DNA of 64,000 nucleotides from Hyphomonadaceae bacterium (GTDB lineage Bacteria > Pseudomonadota > Alphaproteobacteria > Caulobacterales > Aquidulcibacteraceae). Under the pieces are notes generated by a model. It was given only the letters and a program-made list of their open reading frames with translations, was not told where the DNA came from and searched no databases. This document shows positions 20,873 through 31,085 of the stretch, in pieces (the first letter of the stretch is position 1; each line of letters opens with the position of its first letter). The position numbers were made by a program, and so were the translations under genes. The stretch spans positions 5,818 through 69,817 of the forward strand of contig JBFWZB010000006.1 of assembly GCA_050185805.1 (NCBI GenBank). Direction: 5' to 3'.

Positions 20873-20905
20873 ATTCTTGACCAAAACACTCAGGTATCCT
20901 AGAAC
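20873..20905 (+). promoter_or_regulatory. type-1 IscR box overlapping a sigma70-like promoter
   Basis: ATTCTTGACCAAAACACTCAGGTAT (20873-20897) resembles the type-1 IscR consensus ATASYYGACTRWWWYAGTCRRSTAT; TTGACC-N17-TAGAAC. Confidence 0.7.
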
Positions 20906-20997
20906 CCAGCCAGCGGCACAGGTGAAGGCCCCGCGTCGAAAGGGGCGCCTTCTAACACGAAATTTGGCGTGCGCGAGGGCCGCGAAAAGGGTGTGCG

Positions 20998-21444
20998 ATG
21001 CGTTTGACCTCTAAGGGCCGCTACGCGGTGATGGCGATGGCTGACTTGGCGCTGCATGGCGGCGCGGAACGCGCCGTTCCCTTGCAGGAGGTGGCCCGGC
21101 GCCAGGAAATTTCGCTGTCCTATCTCGAGCAATTGTTCGCACGCATGCGCAAGGCCGGGCTCGTGGCGGGCGTGCGCGGCCCAGGCGGCGGTTATCGGCT
21201 GGCCCGTCCCGCCCAGGACACGACAATCGCTGAGATTATCGCGGCGGTGAACGAACCGATTAAGGCCACGCGCTGCAAGGAAGGCTCGATAAAATCGTGC
21301 CTCGGCAAAACCGGGCGCTGCATCGCGCACGGGCTCTGGCAGGAAATGGGCGACCGCATCCACAACTTCCTCGCGTCAGTGTCGCTGGACGATGTGCTCA
21401 ATCAGCGCTTCGACGGTGCGAGCGCGCGCGTGGCGGCCGAGTGA
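20998..21444 (+). CDS. iscR: Rrf2 family Fe-S cluster regulator
   Basis: MRLTSKGRYAV, ISLSYLEQLF, RGPGGGY, three Cys plus His (C..C..CIAH). Confidence 0.9.
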   Translation: MRLTSKGRYAVMAMADLALHGGAERAVPLQEVARRQEISLSYLEQLFARMRKAGLVAGVRGPGGGYRLARPAQDTTIAEIIAAVNEPIKATRCKEGSIKSCLGKTGRCIAHGLWQEMGDRIHNFLASVSLDDVLNQRFDGASARVAAE

Positions 21445-21446
21445 GC

Positions 21447-22562
21447 ATGACACGCGCCCTGCATTATTGCGATTACAACGCCGGCGCGCCGGTGCGCGCT
21501 GAGGCGGCTGTCGCGCTCGCGCGGGCGCTGGCGATGGGCGGCAATCCATCCAGCGTCCACACTCCTGGCCGCCGCGCCCGTGCGGCGATCGAAGACGCGC
21601 GTGAAAGCATTGCTGCAACGCTCGACGCGGCTGCGGAAAATGTCGTGTTCACCTCCGGCGCCACCGAAGCGTTGCATCTGGCGCTCTCGATCGCCGGCGC
21701 TGCAAGCATCGTGGTCTCCGCGGTGGAGCATGACGCGCTGCATGAGCAAGCGCTGCGCTTGGGCGCGCTGGTCGCGCCGGTCAGCGCGAATGGTCTGATC
21801 GACCTTGACGCGTTGGATGCGTTGGTCGCGGCGGCGCCCAAGCCGGCGCTGGTGGCGGTGCAGGCGGCGAACAACGAAACCGGCGTCGTTCACCCGATTG
21901 CTGCTGTGGCGAGGCTCTGCCGCGAACATGGCGCGTCGTTGCTTGTCGACGCGGCGCAGGCGTTCGGACGTATGGCGCTCAGCATCGCCGATCTGGACGC
22001 CACCTATCTTGTGGTTTCGAGCCACAAGATAGGCGGCCCTCCTGGCGCCGGCGCTCTCGTGCTTGCGCCTGGCGCCCCCTTTGTGACGACGCGCTTTGGC
22101 GGCGGCCAGGAACGCGGGCGCCGCCCGGGTACGGAGAATATGCCCGCCATCGTTGGTTTTCGCGTCGCCGCCGACATGGCGCTCTCGGCGATGGTGCGAG
22201 AAACTGCGCACGCGGCCGCGTTGCGGGATCGGTTCGAGGCCGGGCTGCCCCAGGACGCCGTGATTTTCGGCGCTGAAGTGCAACGCTTGCCCAACACCAG
22301 CAATTTCGCGCTGCCGGGAATGATTTCGGAAACCGCCGTGATCGCGATGGATTTGGAAGGCGTTGCTGTGAGCTCCGGCGCGGCCTGTTCGTCGGGGAAG
22401 GTACGCGCCAGCCGCGTGCTGACGGCGATGGGCCAAAGCGCGCTGGCGCGCAGCGCCTTGCGCGTGAGTTTCGGTTGGGATTCGCAAGATGCGGACGTTG
22501 ATGCGGCGCTTGCGGCGCTCGGCAAAATCAGCGCCCGACGCGTGCTGGAGGGCGCCGCCTGA
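21447..22562 (+). CDS. cysteine desulfurase (IscS/NifS-like, group I)
   Basis: [36 protein letters not shown]. Confidence 0.9.
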   Translation: MTRALHYCDYNAGAPVRAEAAVALARALAMGGNPSSVHTPGRRARAAIEDARESIAATLDAAAENVVFTSGATEALHLALSIAGAASIVVSAVEHDALHEQALRLGALVAPVSANGLIDLDALDALVAAAPKPALVAVQAANNETGVVHPIAAVARLCREHGASLLVDAAQAFGRMALSIADLDATYLVVSSHKIGGPPGAGALVLAPGAPFVTTRFGGGQERGRRPGTENMPAIVGFRVAADMALSAMVRETAHAAALRDRFEAGLPQDAVIFGAEVQRLPNTSNFALPGMISETAVIAMDLEGVAVSSGAACSSGKVRASRVLTAMGQSALARSALRVSFGWDSQDADVDAALAALGKISARRVLEGAA

Positions 22563-24034
22563 TGGCCGCGGTGAAAGAAACCGTCGACGCTGCCCGCGCG
22601 CTGGAAGGCGAAAAATACAAGCACGGCTTCGTCACGGAGCTTGAGCAGGAGCTGGCGCCGCCGGGCCTGAATGAAGACATCGTGCGCTTCATTTCCGCAA
22701 AGAAGGACGAGCCGGAATGGATGCTGGCGTGGCGGCTGGAGGCGTTCCGCCGCTGGCGGACGATGGAAGAGCCGACCTGGGCGCTCGTTCGCTATCCGCC
22801 GATCGATTATCAAGCCGCGCGCTATTACGCAGCCCCGAAGAGCGCAGCGAAGTACAAGAGCTTGGACGAAGTCGATCCGGAAATCTTAGAGACCTACAAG
22901 AAGCTGGGGATTCCGCTCAAGGAACAGGAAGTTCTGCTCGGCGTCGAAGGCGCGCCGAAGGTCGCTGTGGACGCGGTGTTCGACAGCGTCTCCGTCATCA
23001 CCACCTTCAAAGAGGAGCTGAAGAAAGCCGGCGTCATCTTCTCCTCCATCAGCGAAGCCTTGCGCGAGCATCCCGAACTGGTGCGTCAATATCTAGGTTC
23101 GGTGGTGCCGAGCAGCGATAATTTCTTCGCTACTCTGAACAGCGCTGTGTTTTCGGACGGTTCGTTCGTCTATGTGCCGCCGGGCGTGCGCTGCCCGATG
23201 GAGCTTTCGACCTATTTCCGCATGAACGCCGAAGGCACCGGACAGTTCGAACGCACTTTGATCATCGCCGACAAGGGCGCTTACGTTTCCTATCTTGAGG
23301 GTTGCACTGCGCCGATGCGCGACGAGAACCAGCTGCACGCTGCGGTCGTCGAACTGGTCGCGCTTGATGATGCGGAGATCAAATATTCGACGGTGCAGAA
23401 TTGGTGGCCCGGCGATTCCGAGGGCAAGGGCGGCATCTATAATTTCGTGACCAAGCGCGGCGATTGCCGCGGCAAGCGCAGCAAGATTTCCTGGACGCAG
23501 GTGGAGACCGGCTCGGCGATCACTTGGAAGTATCCGAGCTGCATTCTTCGCGGCGATGAGAGCAGCGGAGAGTTCTATTCCATCGCCGTCACCAACGGAC
23601 GCCAGCAGGCCGACACCGGCACGAAGATGATCCACCTGGGCAAGAACACGCGCTCGCGCATCATTTCGAAGGGCATTTCCGCCGGCCGCTCGTCGAACGC
23701 CTATCGCGGGTTGGTCTCCGCGCACGCCAAGGCCAAGGGCGCGCGAAACTTCACGCAATGCGATTCCTTGCTGATCGGACATGAATGCGCGGCGCACACT
23801 GTGCCTTACGTCGAGACGCACACGCCGGATGCGCAGTTCGAACACGAAGCGACGACAACGAAGCTCTCGGAAGATCAGCTCTTCTATCTGCGCGCGCGCG
23901 GCATTCCCGAGGAGGAAGCTGTGGCGCTGCTGGTGAACGGTTTCGTGCGCGAAGTGCTTCAAAAGCTGCCGATGGAGTTTGCGGTGGAAGCGCAGAAACT
24001 GTTGGAAGTGAGCCTCGAAGGGAGCGTGGGATGA
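22562..24034 (+). CDS. sufB: Fe-S cluster assembly protein SufB
   Basis: [39 protein letters not shown]. Confidence 0.98.
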   Translation: MAAVKETVDAARALEGEKYKHGFVTELEQELAPPGLNEDIVRFISAKKDEPEWMLAWRLEAFRRWRTMEEPTWALVRYPPIDYQAARYYAAPKSAAKYKSLDEVDPEILETYKKLGIPLKEQEVLLGVEGAPKVAVDAVFDSVSVITTFKEELKKAGVIFSSISEALREHPELVRQYLGSVVPSSDNFFATLNSAVFSDGSFVYVPPGVRCPMELSTYFRMNAEGTGQFERTLIIADKGAYVSYLEGCTAPMRDENQLHAAVVELVALDDAEIKYSTVQNWWPGDSEGKGGIYNFVTKRGDCRGKRSKISWTQVETGSAITWKYPSCILRGDESSGEFYSIAVTNGRQQADTGTKMIHLGKNTRSRIISKGISAGRSSNAYRGLVSAHAKAKGARNFTQCDSLLIGHECAAHTVPYVETHTPDAQFEHEATTTKLSEDQLFYLRARGIPEEEAVALLVNGFVREVLQKLPMEFAVEAQKLLEVSLEGSVG

Positions 24035-24522
24035 TACAGCGCGCCGTTCTGATCGCCGCAATCGCGTTGATGGCGAGTTGCGGTCCGCGCCAAGGCGAGG
24101 CGCCGCCGTCACCGTCCGAAGAGGTAGAGATCGAGAGTGTCGAGCAGACGCCGGCTTTGCCCGCGCCGCCGGCGGTTGATCCAGCGCTGTTGGCTGCGGC
24201 CAACGATGCGTTCACACCCATCGAGCCAACCGAAGTGGGTGTGCATCCTGCGCCGACTATCCAGGAAGCGCTCGCCGGCCTGCTGTCTCCGGAAGCCGAC
24301 GTCGAGGGCGGGGAAGTGTTCCTGAGCACACGCGAAAGCGGTGAGATCGCGGTGGCGGATATCGTCCGCACCGGGCTCGCCGACGATTCGGTTGGCGCGT
24401 CGCATCTGCGCTTCGAATTCCGGCGCGAGCCTGAGGGCTGGTTTCCCACCAACGCCTATCGCCGTACGCAGTGCCGTCGCGGCGAAAACGCGGGTCAGTG
24501 GAGCGCCTCTCTGTGCCCGTGA
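24031..24522 (+). CDS. hypothetical lipoprotein inserted in suf operon
   Basis: ATG 24031 overlaps sufB stop; lipobox MASC; GLADDSV motif; C-terminal CRRG...LCP. Confidence 0.75.
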   Translation: MIQRAVLIAAIALMASCGPRQGEAPPSPSEEVEIESVEQTPALPAPPAVDPALLAAANDAFTPIEPTEVGVHPAPTIQEALAGLLSPEADVEGGEVFLSTRESGEIAVADIVRTGLADDSVGASHLRFEFRREPEGWFPTNAYRRTQCRRGENAGQWSASLCP

Positions 24523-24815
24523 CCGAGCAGACCGAATACTGGTTCGCCCGGCGCTTCCCTTTCGGCGATCGACGCAACGCCATGGCGCCGGTGCATTGGA
24601 AGGGCTGGGCCGTCAGCCTGCTCTTCGTTTGCGTGCTGACCGCGGGCGGCGTGCTCTTCGCGTGGATGGGCGCACGGGGCGAGATCGTGAAGGGCGCCGC
24701 CTCATTCGTGGCGGTGGCGTTCTTCGCCACTGTCTTCTTCATCGGCGCGACCCAACGCAAAGGCGATCTGGTGCGCACGGTGGCGGACTACAAAAAGGAT
24801 CGTCAGAGTGTTTGA
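24519..24815 (+). CDS. small two-TM membrane protein inserted in suf operon
   Basis: GTGA coupling; YWFARR..., PVHWKGW, two hydrophobic helices. Confidence 0.7.
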   Translation: MTEQTEYWFARRFPFGDRRNAMAPVHWKGWAVSLLFVCVLTAGGVLFAWMGARGEIVKGAASFVAVAFFATVFFIGATQRKGDLVRTVADYKKDRQSV

Positions 24816-25554
24816 AGTCGACAATCTATATGTGAGTGTCGGCGGCGCGGAGATTCTGCGCGGAGTTTCCTTGCGCGTTCCTGCCGGTGAAACGCATGCG
24901 CTGATGGGGCCGAATGGCTCCGGCAAGTCGACTTTGGCGTACGCGCTTTCCGGGCGAGAGAGTTATGAGGTGACCGCGGGCGCAGCCCGTCTCGACGGCG
25001 CCGATTTGCTTGCGCTCGCACCTGAGGAACGCGCGTCGAAAGGTTTGTTTCTCTCGTTTCAATATCCGGTCGAGATACCTGGCCTCTCCGCCATTGCGTT
25101 CCTGAAGGCTTCGCTCAATTCCCAGCGCCGGGCGCGTGGCGAAGCGGATCTACCGGCGCCGGCGCTGTTGAAGCTGGTGCGCGAGAAGGCCGAAGCGCTC
25201 AAGATCGATGCCGACATGTTGAAGCGGCCGCTCAATGTCGGATTTTCCGGCGGGGAGAAGAAGCGATTTGAGGCGCTGCAGATGGCTGTGCTTGAGCCTC
25301 GCTTCGCCATTCTGGACGAAACCGATTCCGGACTTGATATAGATGCCCTCAAGATCGTTGCGGAGAATGTGAACGCGCTGCGCGCTCCCGACCGCGGCAT
25401 GTTGGTCATTACCCATTATCAGCGTCTGCTTGACTACATCAGGCCGGACAAAGTGCATGTCCTGGCGCGGGGCCGCATCGTTGCGTCCGGCGGACCTGAA
25501 CTCGCGCTCGAACTTGAGCGTGAAGGCTATGATAAATACCTGAGGGCTGCGTGA
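24808..25554 (+). CDS. sufC: Fe-S cluster assembly ATPase SufC
   Basis: GPNGSGKST, FQYPVEIPG, GFSGGEKKR, LDETDSGLDIDA, ITHYQR. Confidence 0.97.
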   Translation: MFEVDNLYVSVGGAEILRGVSLRVPAGETHALMGPNGSGKSTLAYALSGRESYEVTAGAARLDGADLLALAPEERASKGLFLSFQYPVEIPGLSAIAFLKASLNSQRRARGEADLPAPALLKLVREKAEALKIDADMLKRPLNVGFSGGEKKRFEALQMAVLEPRFAILDETDSGLDIDALKIVAENVNALRAPDRGMLVITHYQRLLDYIRPDKVHVLARGRIVASGGPELALELEREGYDKYLRAA

Positions 25555-26423
25555 GCGCGAGCCCGCTCCCAACGCGCCGCGACGAGGCCTGGAAATATTC
25601 CGACCTGCGCGCGGCCCTGGCCGATGCGCCGGTCCCGCCGATGGCGGGCGAAGGCGGCGTGATCGAGCGGCTGGCGCAGGGCGCTGGCGCGGCGACGGGG
25701 CGAGAGACGTCCGAAGAAGGCGAGGTCTTTGTCGATTATGTCGATGGGGCCGGCTTCGCGCCGACGCACGAGACGGTGCATGTGGGCGCCGGGCGCCGGC
25801 ATCATCGCATTGTACTGCAGACCAATCCCGATGTGCCGCTGACGTCAACGCGCGTGGTTCTGGACGAGGGCGCAACGTTTCGGCAATTCGTTCTCGGCGA
25901 GGGCGGGCGGTTGGCGCGCATCGAAACCACCGTCGAAGCGGGCGCCAACGCGGTTATCGAGTTGAAAGGCGTCTATCTTGCCGCCGCAGGCCGGCACATG
26001 GACCAAACCTCGGTGCTGAAGCTGACGGGTCCGGGGGGGCAGGCGAGGCAATTGATCAAGGGCGTTGCGCGCAAGGGCGGACGCGGCGTGTTTCAGGGCA
26101 AGATCGTAGTCGAGCGCGCGGCGCAGAAAACCGACGCGCGTCAGTATCATCACGGCATGCTGCTGGAGGACGGCGCGGCCATCTACGCAAAGCCGGAGCT
26201 CATGATTTTTGCCGACGACGTGCAGTGCGCGCACGGCAACACTTCAGGCGGCATCGACGCGCAGGCGCTCTTTTACCTTCGCTCGCGCGGATTGCCCGAA
26301 GCGGAAGCGCGAACGTTGCTGGTGGAGGCGTTCCTGCTTGATGCGCTGCCGGATTGGGCGCCGCCGGACGTCCACGAAGAGATCGTTGGCCGCATTCGTG
26401 TTTGGCTGGAGGCGCGGCCATGA
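25551..26423 (+). CDS. sufD: Fe-S cluster assembly protein SufD (short form)
   Basis: PTRRDEAWKYS, VFQGKI, KPELMIFADDVQCAHG, FYLRSRG. Confidence 0.9.
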   Translation: MSASPLPTRRDEAWKYSDLRAALADAPVPPMAGEGGVIERLAQGAGAATGRETSEEGEVFVDYVDGAGFAPTHETVHVGAGRRHHRIVLQTNPDVPLTSTRVVLDEGATFRQFVLGEGGRLARIETTVEAGANAVIELKGVYLAAAGRHMDQTSVLKLTGPGGQARQLIKGVARKGGRGVFQGKIVVERAAQKTDARQYHHGMLLEDGAAIYAKPELMIFADDVQCAHGNTSGGIDAQALFYLRSRGLPEAEARTLLVEAFLLDALPDWAPPDVHEEIVGRIRVWLEARP

Positions 26424-27640
26424 GCGCGGCGGGATTCGACGCCGGCGCGGTGCGGGCGCAATTCCCGATTCTTTCGCGCAGCGTCCACGGCCGGCCGCTC
26501 GTTTATCTCGACAGCGCCGCCAGCGCGCAGAAGCCTGAAGCCGTGATCGAAGCGATGACGGCGGCGATGCGTGGTTCGTACGCAAACGTGCATCGCGGAC
26601 TGCACACGTTGGCGAACGAAACTACGGAGGCGTACGAAGCCGCGCGCGCGGCCTGCGCCCGGCTGATCAACGCCCCCAGCGCCGGCACGATCGTTTTCAC
26701 CAAGAGCGGCACGCAGGCTGTCAACATCGTCGCGGCTGGACTCGACGTGCAGCCTGGCGATGAAATCGTGCTCTCGGTGATGGAGCATCATGCCAACATC
26801 GTGCCGTGGCACTTCCTGCGCGAGCGCAAGGGCGCGGTGCTGCGCTGGCTCGACGTCGATGATGACGGCCGCATCGATTTGCACGCGCTTGACGCTCTGA
26901 TCGGCCCGCGCACGAAAATGGTGGCGATAACGCACATGTCGAATGTGCTGGGCGTGCGTACCGACGCCGCCGCGATCGCGCGTTTGGCGCACGCAAAGGG
27001 TGCGCCGGTGCTGTTCGACGGTTGCCAGGCTGTCGTGCACGGCAGCGTCGACGTACAAGCGATCGGCGCAGATTTTTACGTCTTCACTGGCCACAAGCTT
27101 TACGGGCCGACCGGCGTCGGCGTGCTCTACGGCAAGCCGGAGCGGCTGGCGGCGTTGCCGCCGTTCGAGGGCGGCGGCGAAATGATCGACATCGTCGAGC
27201 AAGGCCGTGTCACCTACAACGAACCGCCACATCGCTTCGAGGCCGGCACGCCGCCAATTCTGGAGGCCATCGCGCTCAAGGCGGCGATCGAATGGCTCGA
27301 AAAGCAGGACCGAGCCGCGCTTGAAGCGCACGAGAATGCATTGCGGGACAGCGCGATGGAGGCGCTGCGCGGATTGAATTGGGTCAAGCTGCATGGTGAG
27401 GCGCCGGACAAGGGCGCTATCGTGGCTTTCTCCGTTGACGGCGCGCACCCACATGACCTGGCGCAAATATTGGATCGCCAAGGCGTCGCCATTCGCGCGG
27501 GGCACCATTGCGCGCAGCCCCTGATGCGCCGGCTTGGCGTGAGCGCCACCGCCCGGGCGAGCTTCGCCTGCTACAACACGTTGGAAGAAGTGGATGTGTT
27601 TCTGGAAGCGCTGCACAAGGCGCGGAAATTGTTGAGCTGA
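26420..27640 (+). CDS. sufS: cysteine desulfurase SufS
   Basis: YLDSAASAQKP, NVHRG, EHHANIVPW, GHKLYGPTG, RAGHHCAQP. Confidence 0.96.
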   Translation: MSAAGFDAGAVRAQFPILSRSVHGRPLVYLDSAASAQKPEAVIEAMTAAMRGSYANVHRGLHTLANETTEAYEAARAACARLINAPSAGTIVFTKSGTQAVNIVAAGLDVQPGDEIVLSVMEHHANIVPWHFLRERKGAVLRWLDVDDDGRIDLHALDALIGPRTKMVAITHMSNVLGVRTDAAAIARLAHAKGAPVLFDGCQAVVHGSVDVQAIGADFYVFTGHKLYGPTGVGVLYGKPERLAALPPFEGGGEMIDIVEQGRVTYNEPPHRFEAGTPPILEAIALKAAIEWLEKQDRAALEAHENALRDSAMEALRGLNWVKLHGEAPDKGAIVAFSVDGAHPHDLAQILDRQGVAIRAGHHCAQPLMRRLGVSATARASFACYNTLEEVDVFLEALHKARKLLS

Positions 27641-27642
27641 GC

Positions 27643-27993
27643 ATGGACGACGCGAGCACAACGCCCTCCGCCTTGCCCAAGGCCGAACTCGACCGGATCA
27701 CCGATGATCTCGTCGTGCAGTTCAAAACCGTGTTCGATCCGGAAATTCCGGTCGACATTTACGAACTCGGCCTGATCTACAAGGTCGATATCGACGACGA
27801 CCGGCACGTCGATATCGAAATGACCCTGACGGCGCCCGGCTGCCCGGTGGCGGGCGAGATGCCAGGCTGGGTCGAGGCCGCTGCGCGCAAAGTCGAGGGC
27901 GTAAAGTCGGTCAGCGTAAACCTGGTCTTCGATCCGCCCTGGACGCCGGCGCGCATGAGCGACGAGGCGAAGCTCGAATTGAATATGCTTTGA
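27643..27993 (+). CDS. sufT: DUF59/PaaD-like Fe-S assembly factor SufT
   Basis: DPEIPVDIYELGLIY, MTLTAPGCP, FDPPW. Confidence 0.9.
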   Translation: MDDASTTPSALPKAELDRITDDLVVQFKTVFDPEIPVDIYELGLIYKVDIDDDRHVDIEMTLTAPGCPVAGEMPGWVEAAARKVEGVKSVSVNLVFDPPWTPARMSDEAKLELNML

Positions 27994-28008
27994 GCCTATA
28001 TTGAGCCC

Positions 28009-28371
28009 ATGACCCGCCGCCCGCGCCCTCAAATTGTCTCACTGACTGACGCCGCCGCTGCGCGCGTGAAAGAGATCATGGCGGCTTCCGGAAAACCCTA
28101 CCTCCGGGTCGGCGTAGTGAATGGGGGCTGCGCCGGCATGGAATACGTCCTCGACTATGCCGACGCCCCAGAGCAACTCGACGAAGTGGTCGAGGAGAAG
28201 GGCGTGCGTATGCTGGTGAAGGCGGACGCCGTCCTGTTTCTCATTGGCTCCGTGGTCGATTATGAAACCTCGCGCCTGGCGTCGAAATTCGTCTTCCGTA
28301 ATCCGAACCAAACCGACGCCTGCGGCTGCGGTGAGAGCGTGACGCTAACCCCGGCTAAGCTCGAGAGCTGA
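28009..28371 (+). CDS. sufA: A-type Fe-S carrier (SufA/IscA/HesB)
   Basis: GGCAGMEY, NPN, CGCGES. Confidence 0.92.
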   Translation: MTRRPRPQIVSLTDAAAARVKEIMAASGKPYLRVGVVNGGCAGMEYVLDYADAPEQLDEVVEEKGVRMLVKADAVLFLIGSVVDYETSRLASKFVFRNPNQTDACGCGESVTLTPAKLES

Positions 28372-28375
28372 CGGC

Positions 28376-28744
28376 GTGAACGCGGATGGCTTCCACGATT
28401 ACGTGAAGGAGCTATTCGCAGGCGTTGGCGCCATCACCATTAAGCGCATGTTTGGCGGCGCCGGCGTCTATGCGCGCGGTGTGATGTTCGGCCTGTTGGC
28501 AGGCGATGTGATCCACATCAAGGTGGACGACGCGCTCAAAGCGGCGCTGCGTGACGAGGGCTCCGGCCCATTCGTTTGGTCGCCCGACAACGGCCCGCGT
28601 GCGGGCGAACAGATCGAAATGGGGTATTGGCGCCTGCCCGAAGCGGCGCTTGACGATCCCGACCTTGCCGCGGATTGGGGGCGCAGGGCGCTAGCAGTGG
28701 CGCTTAAAAAGGCTTCGGCGAAAAAACCAAAGGCGCATCGTTAG
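28376..28744 (+). CDS. TfoX/Sxy N-terminal domain protein
   Basis: KRMFGGAGVY, MFGL, PF...MGYWRLP..ALDD. Confidence 0.88.
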   Translation: MNADGFHDYVKELFAGVGAITIKRMFGGAGVYARGVMFGLLAGDVIHIKVDDALKAALRDEGSGPFVWSPDNGPRAGEQIEMGYWRLPEAALDDPDLAADWGRRALAVALKKASAKKPKAHR

Positions 28745-29007
28745 AAATCCGGCAGGCCGTCTTTATCGGTATCGCGGGCACGGGCGGCCCAATCGTCCGG
28801 CTCGCGCGGCCGAAAGCCGAGAACCAGCGCCAGCGGCGTCTCGCGCCAGTCGGTGTGTCCGATGCCCAACGCGATGATGCTCGAAGGCGCCGCAAAACAC
28901 GCCGTCGCCAGTAAAACATGGAAGCCCTGCGCAGCCTTGATCTCAGCCCACGTGCCGCCTTCGATCCAGATCCGGAGAAGCTCCGCTATGGCTGGCAGGA
29001 AATCCAT
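28741..29007 (-). CDS. small hypothetical membrane protein
   Basis: ATG 29007, one hydrophobic helix, C-terminal DTDKDGLPDF Ca-binding-like motif. Confidence 0.5.
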   Translation of the reverse strand: MDFLPAIAELLRIWIEGGTWAEIKAAQGFHVLLATACFAAPSSIIALGIGHTDWRETPLALVLGFRPREPDDWAARARDTDKDGLPDF

Positions 29008-29030
29008 GCCGAAGCGTAACGCGGAAGCGG

Positions 29031-29819
29031 TTAAGTCCCTTTGAAGGAAGCCGGACGCTTTTGCAGGAATGCGGCGACGCCCTCGGCGAACTCTCCCGAG
29101 CGCCCAGCCTCGCGCTGAGCCGAGCGCTCCGCCTGCAATTGCTCTTCCAGGCTGGCGTCCGCCGAGGCCCATGCGAGCCGGCGGATCATGCCAAGCGCGC
29201 GCGTTGGACCAGCGGCCAATTCATGCGCGATCGCCATGGCGGCCGGCATGAGCTCCGTGTCCGGAACGCAGCGATTGACGAGCCCCCAATCCAGCGCCTT
29301 CGTCGCAGGCAGCTTCTCGCCAAGCAGCATCAATTCCATCGCCTGCGCGCGCGTCAGCATGCGCGGCAGGATGTAAGAGGAGCCTCCGTCCGGCACGAGG
29401 CCGATGCGGCGAAAGGCTTGCAGGAAATAACCGCTCTCGCCGGCGACGATAATGTCGCCCATCAGTGCGAAGGAGCAGCCGATCCCCGCTGCGGCGCCGT
29501 TCACGGCCGTCACCAGCGGGATCGGTAGATCGCGCAGCTTAACGATGAAGGGATTGTAGTTGCGCTCCAGCACAATGCCGAGATCGATCTGACCGGTTTC
29601 GTCGGTAGGCGGCGCGCCTCCGGAAAGATTGGCCCCGGAGGAGAATGCGCGGCCTTCGCCGGTGAGCACCGCGCATCGCGCATCGCGCGATGCTACCGCA
29701 AATGCATCCGCCATCTCTCCGACCATGGCCGGGGTAATGGCGTTCAAAGTCGCCGGATCGGCCAGCGTGATGATGGCGACGTCGCCGTCGCGCTCTAGTT
29801 TGATTTTTTTGTAAGCCAT
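29031..29819 (-). CDS. enoyl-CoA hydratase/isomerase (PaaG-like)
   Basis: AFSSGANL, AVNGAAAG, IGLVPDGG, EGVAAFLQKR. Confidence 0.92.
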   Translation of the reverse strand: MAYKKIKLERDGDVAIITLADPATLNAITPAMVGEMADAFAVASRDARCAVLTGEGRAFSSGANLSGGAPPTDETGQIDLGIVLERNYNPFIVKLRDLPIPLVTAVNGAAAGIGCSFALMGDIIVAGESGYFLQAFRRIGLVPDGGSSYILPRMLTRAQAMELMLLGEKLPATKALDWGLVNRCVPDTELMPAAMAIAHELAAGPTRALGMIRRLAWASADASLEEQLQAERSAQREAGRSGEFAEGVAAFLQKRPASFKGT

Positions 29820-29868
29820 CGCCGCGCTCCTCGGCGGACCTTAGTCGCCGGGGGCGGATTTGAAAACG

Positions 29869-30924
29869 CTACGCTACGTAAAGCACGGGCGTGGCGTCCG
29901 TCGTCACCTGATTGCGGCCATTGCGCTTGGAGGCGTAGAGGCAAGCGTCCGCGCGCTCGACGAAGCCCTGCGGCGTGTCGCTGCTCTGCAGGCGGGCGAC
30001 GCCGATCGACACAGTGACCTGACCCAAATCCTCGTTGGTGGAACGCCGGCGCAGCCGCTTCGTCTGAATTGCGCCGCGCAAGGATTCGGCAATCTGCGTC
30101 GCCGTTCGGATATCGACCCGCGGCATGATCATGCCGAATTCCTCGCCGCCATAGCGCGCGATCAAATGATCCGGGCGGGCGTGCGATTGCAATGCGCTGG
30201 CCAGGAAGCGCAGGATCTGGTCGCCCGTGTGATGGCCCCAGGTGTCGTTAAAGCGCTTGAAGTGGTCGATGTCGCACATCAGCACGCATAACTCGCTGCG
30301 CTGCGCGACCGCTTCGTCGATACGCATGCGAAGCGTTTCATCGAACATGCGCCGGTTGGCGAGGCCGGTGAGGCTGTCAGTCAGCGATTCGACGCGCACC
30401 GATTCCAGGCTGGTGCGGAGCGTGTCGATCTCGCGCGTCGAACGCTGCAATTGATCGGTTAGGCGCTGGTTGTGATTGGCCATGTCCAGCGTCGCGGCGG
30501 CGAGGCTGGCGACAACTTGGCGGATATGGTCGGGCGTCAGATTGCGATTGAGGTCGGTCGCCACGGTTTCCAGCGTGCGGCCGTAATCGTCGCGCTTCTC
30601 TTCGGCCGATTTCAACATGGCGACGACGTTGTTCAAGTCGCGCGCGATCTGCTCGCCGGCCAGCACGATTTGCGCCGAAGCGCGTGCGCCGCTGAAGAAG
30701 CGTTCGAACAGATCGTTGTTGACCTCATCTGTGAACTGAGCGCCGGCGGCGATGTGGCGGTCGATCTCCTGCCGCAGCTGCGTCGCGCGGCCGATGCGAT
30801 AGGCGAGCCAGACCTGATAATTGGCGCCAGTCGGCGGAATCTCGTGCAAGCGCATCAGGTCGAGCGTCTCTTGCGCGACGGTTGGGCCGGTTGGCCCCTG
30901 CATGACGAGATCGTGGTCGGTCAC
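29869..30924 (-). CDS. diguanylate cyclase (GGDEF), DgcB-like architecture
   Basis: DSLTGLANRR, DIDHFKRFNDTWGH, RYGGEEF, N-terminal P.NY.VW helical domain and coiled coil. Confidence 0.92.
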   Translation of the reverse strand: MTDHDLVMQGPTGPTVAQETLDLMRLHEIPPTGANYQVWLAYRIGRATQLRQEIDRHIAAGAQFTDEVNNDLFERFFSGARASAQIVLAGEQIARDLNNVVAMLKSAEEKRDDYGRTLETVATDLNRNLTPDHIRQVVASLAAATLDMANHNQRLTDQLQRSTREIDTLRTSLESVRVESLTDSLTGLANRRMFDETLRMRIDEAVAQRSELCVLMCDIDHFKRFNDTWGHHTGDQILRFLASALQSHARPDHLIARYGGEEFGMIMPRVDIRTATQIAESLRGAIQTKRLRRRSTNEDLGQVTVSIGVARLQSSDTPQGFVERADACLYASKRNGRNQVTTDATPVLYVA

Positions 30925-31085
30925 GTATTTGTCCGTGTGAATCGCCTTACGGGCGGTAAGACGCTACGGGCCAGGAAATGGACGAGAAGTAAACGCCGGC
31001 GCCTAGACACGACGTCTTTGTGGTAGTTCTGATTACAGGCATTACGCCGGTGCGCTAACGAAACGAGCGGCGCGGGAGGAAAAGC

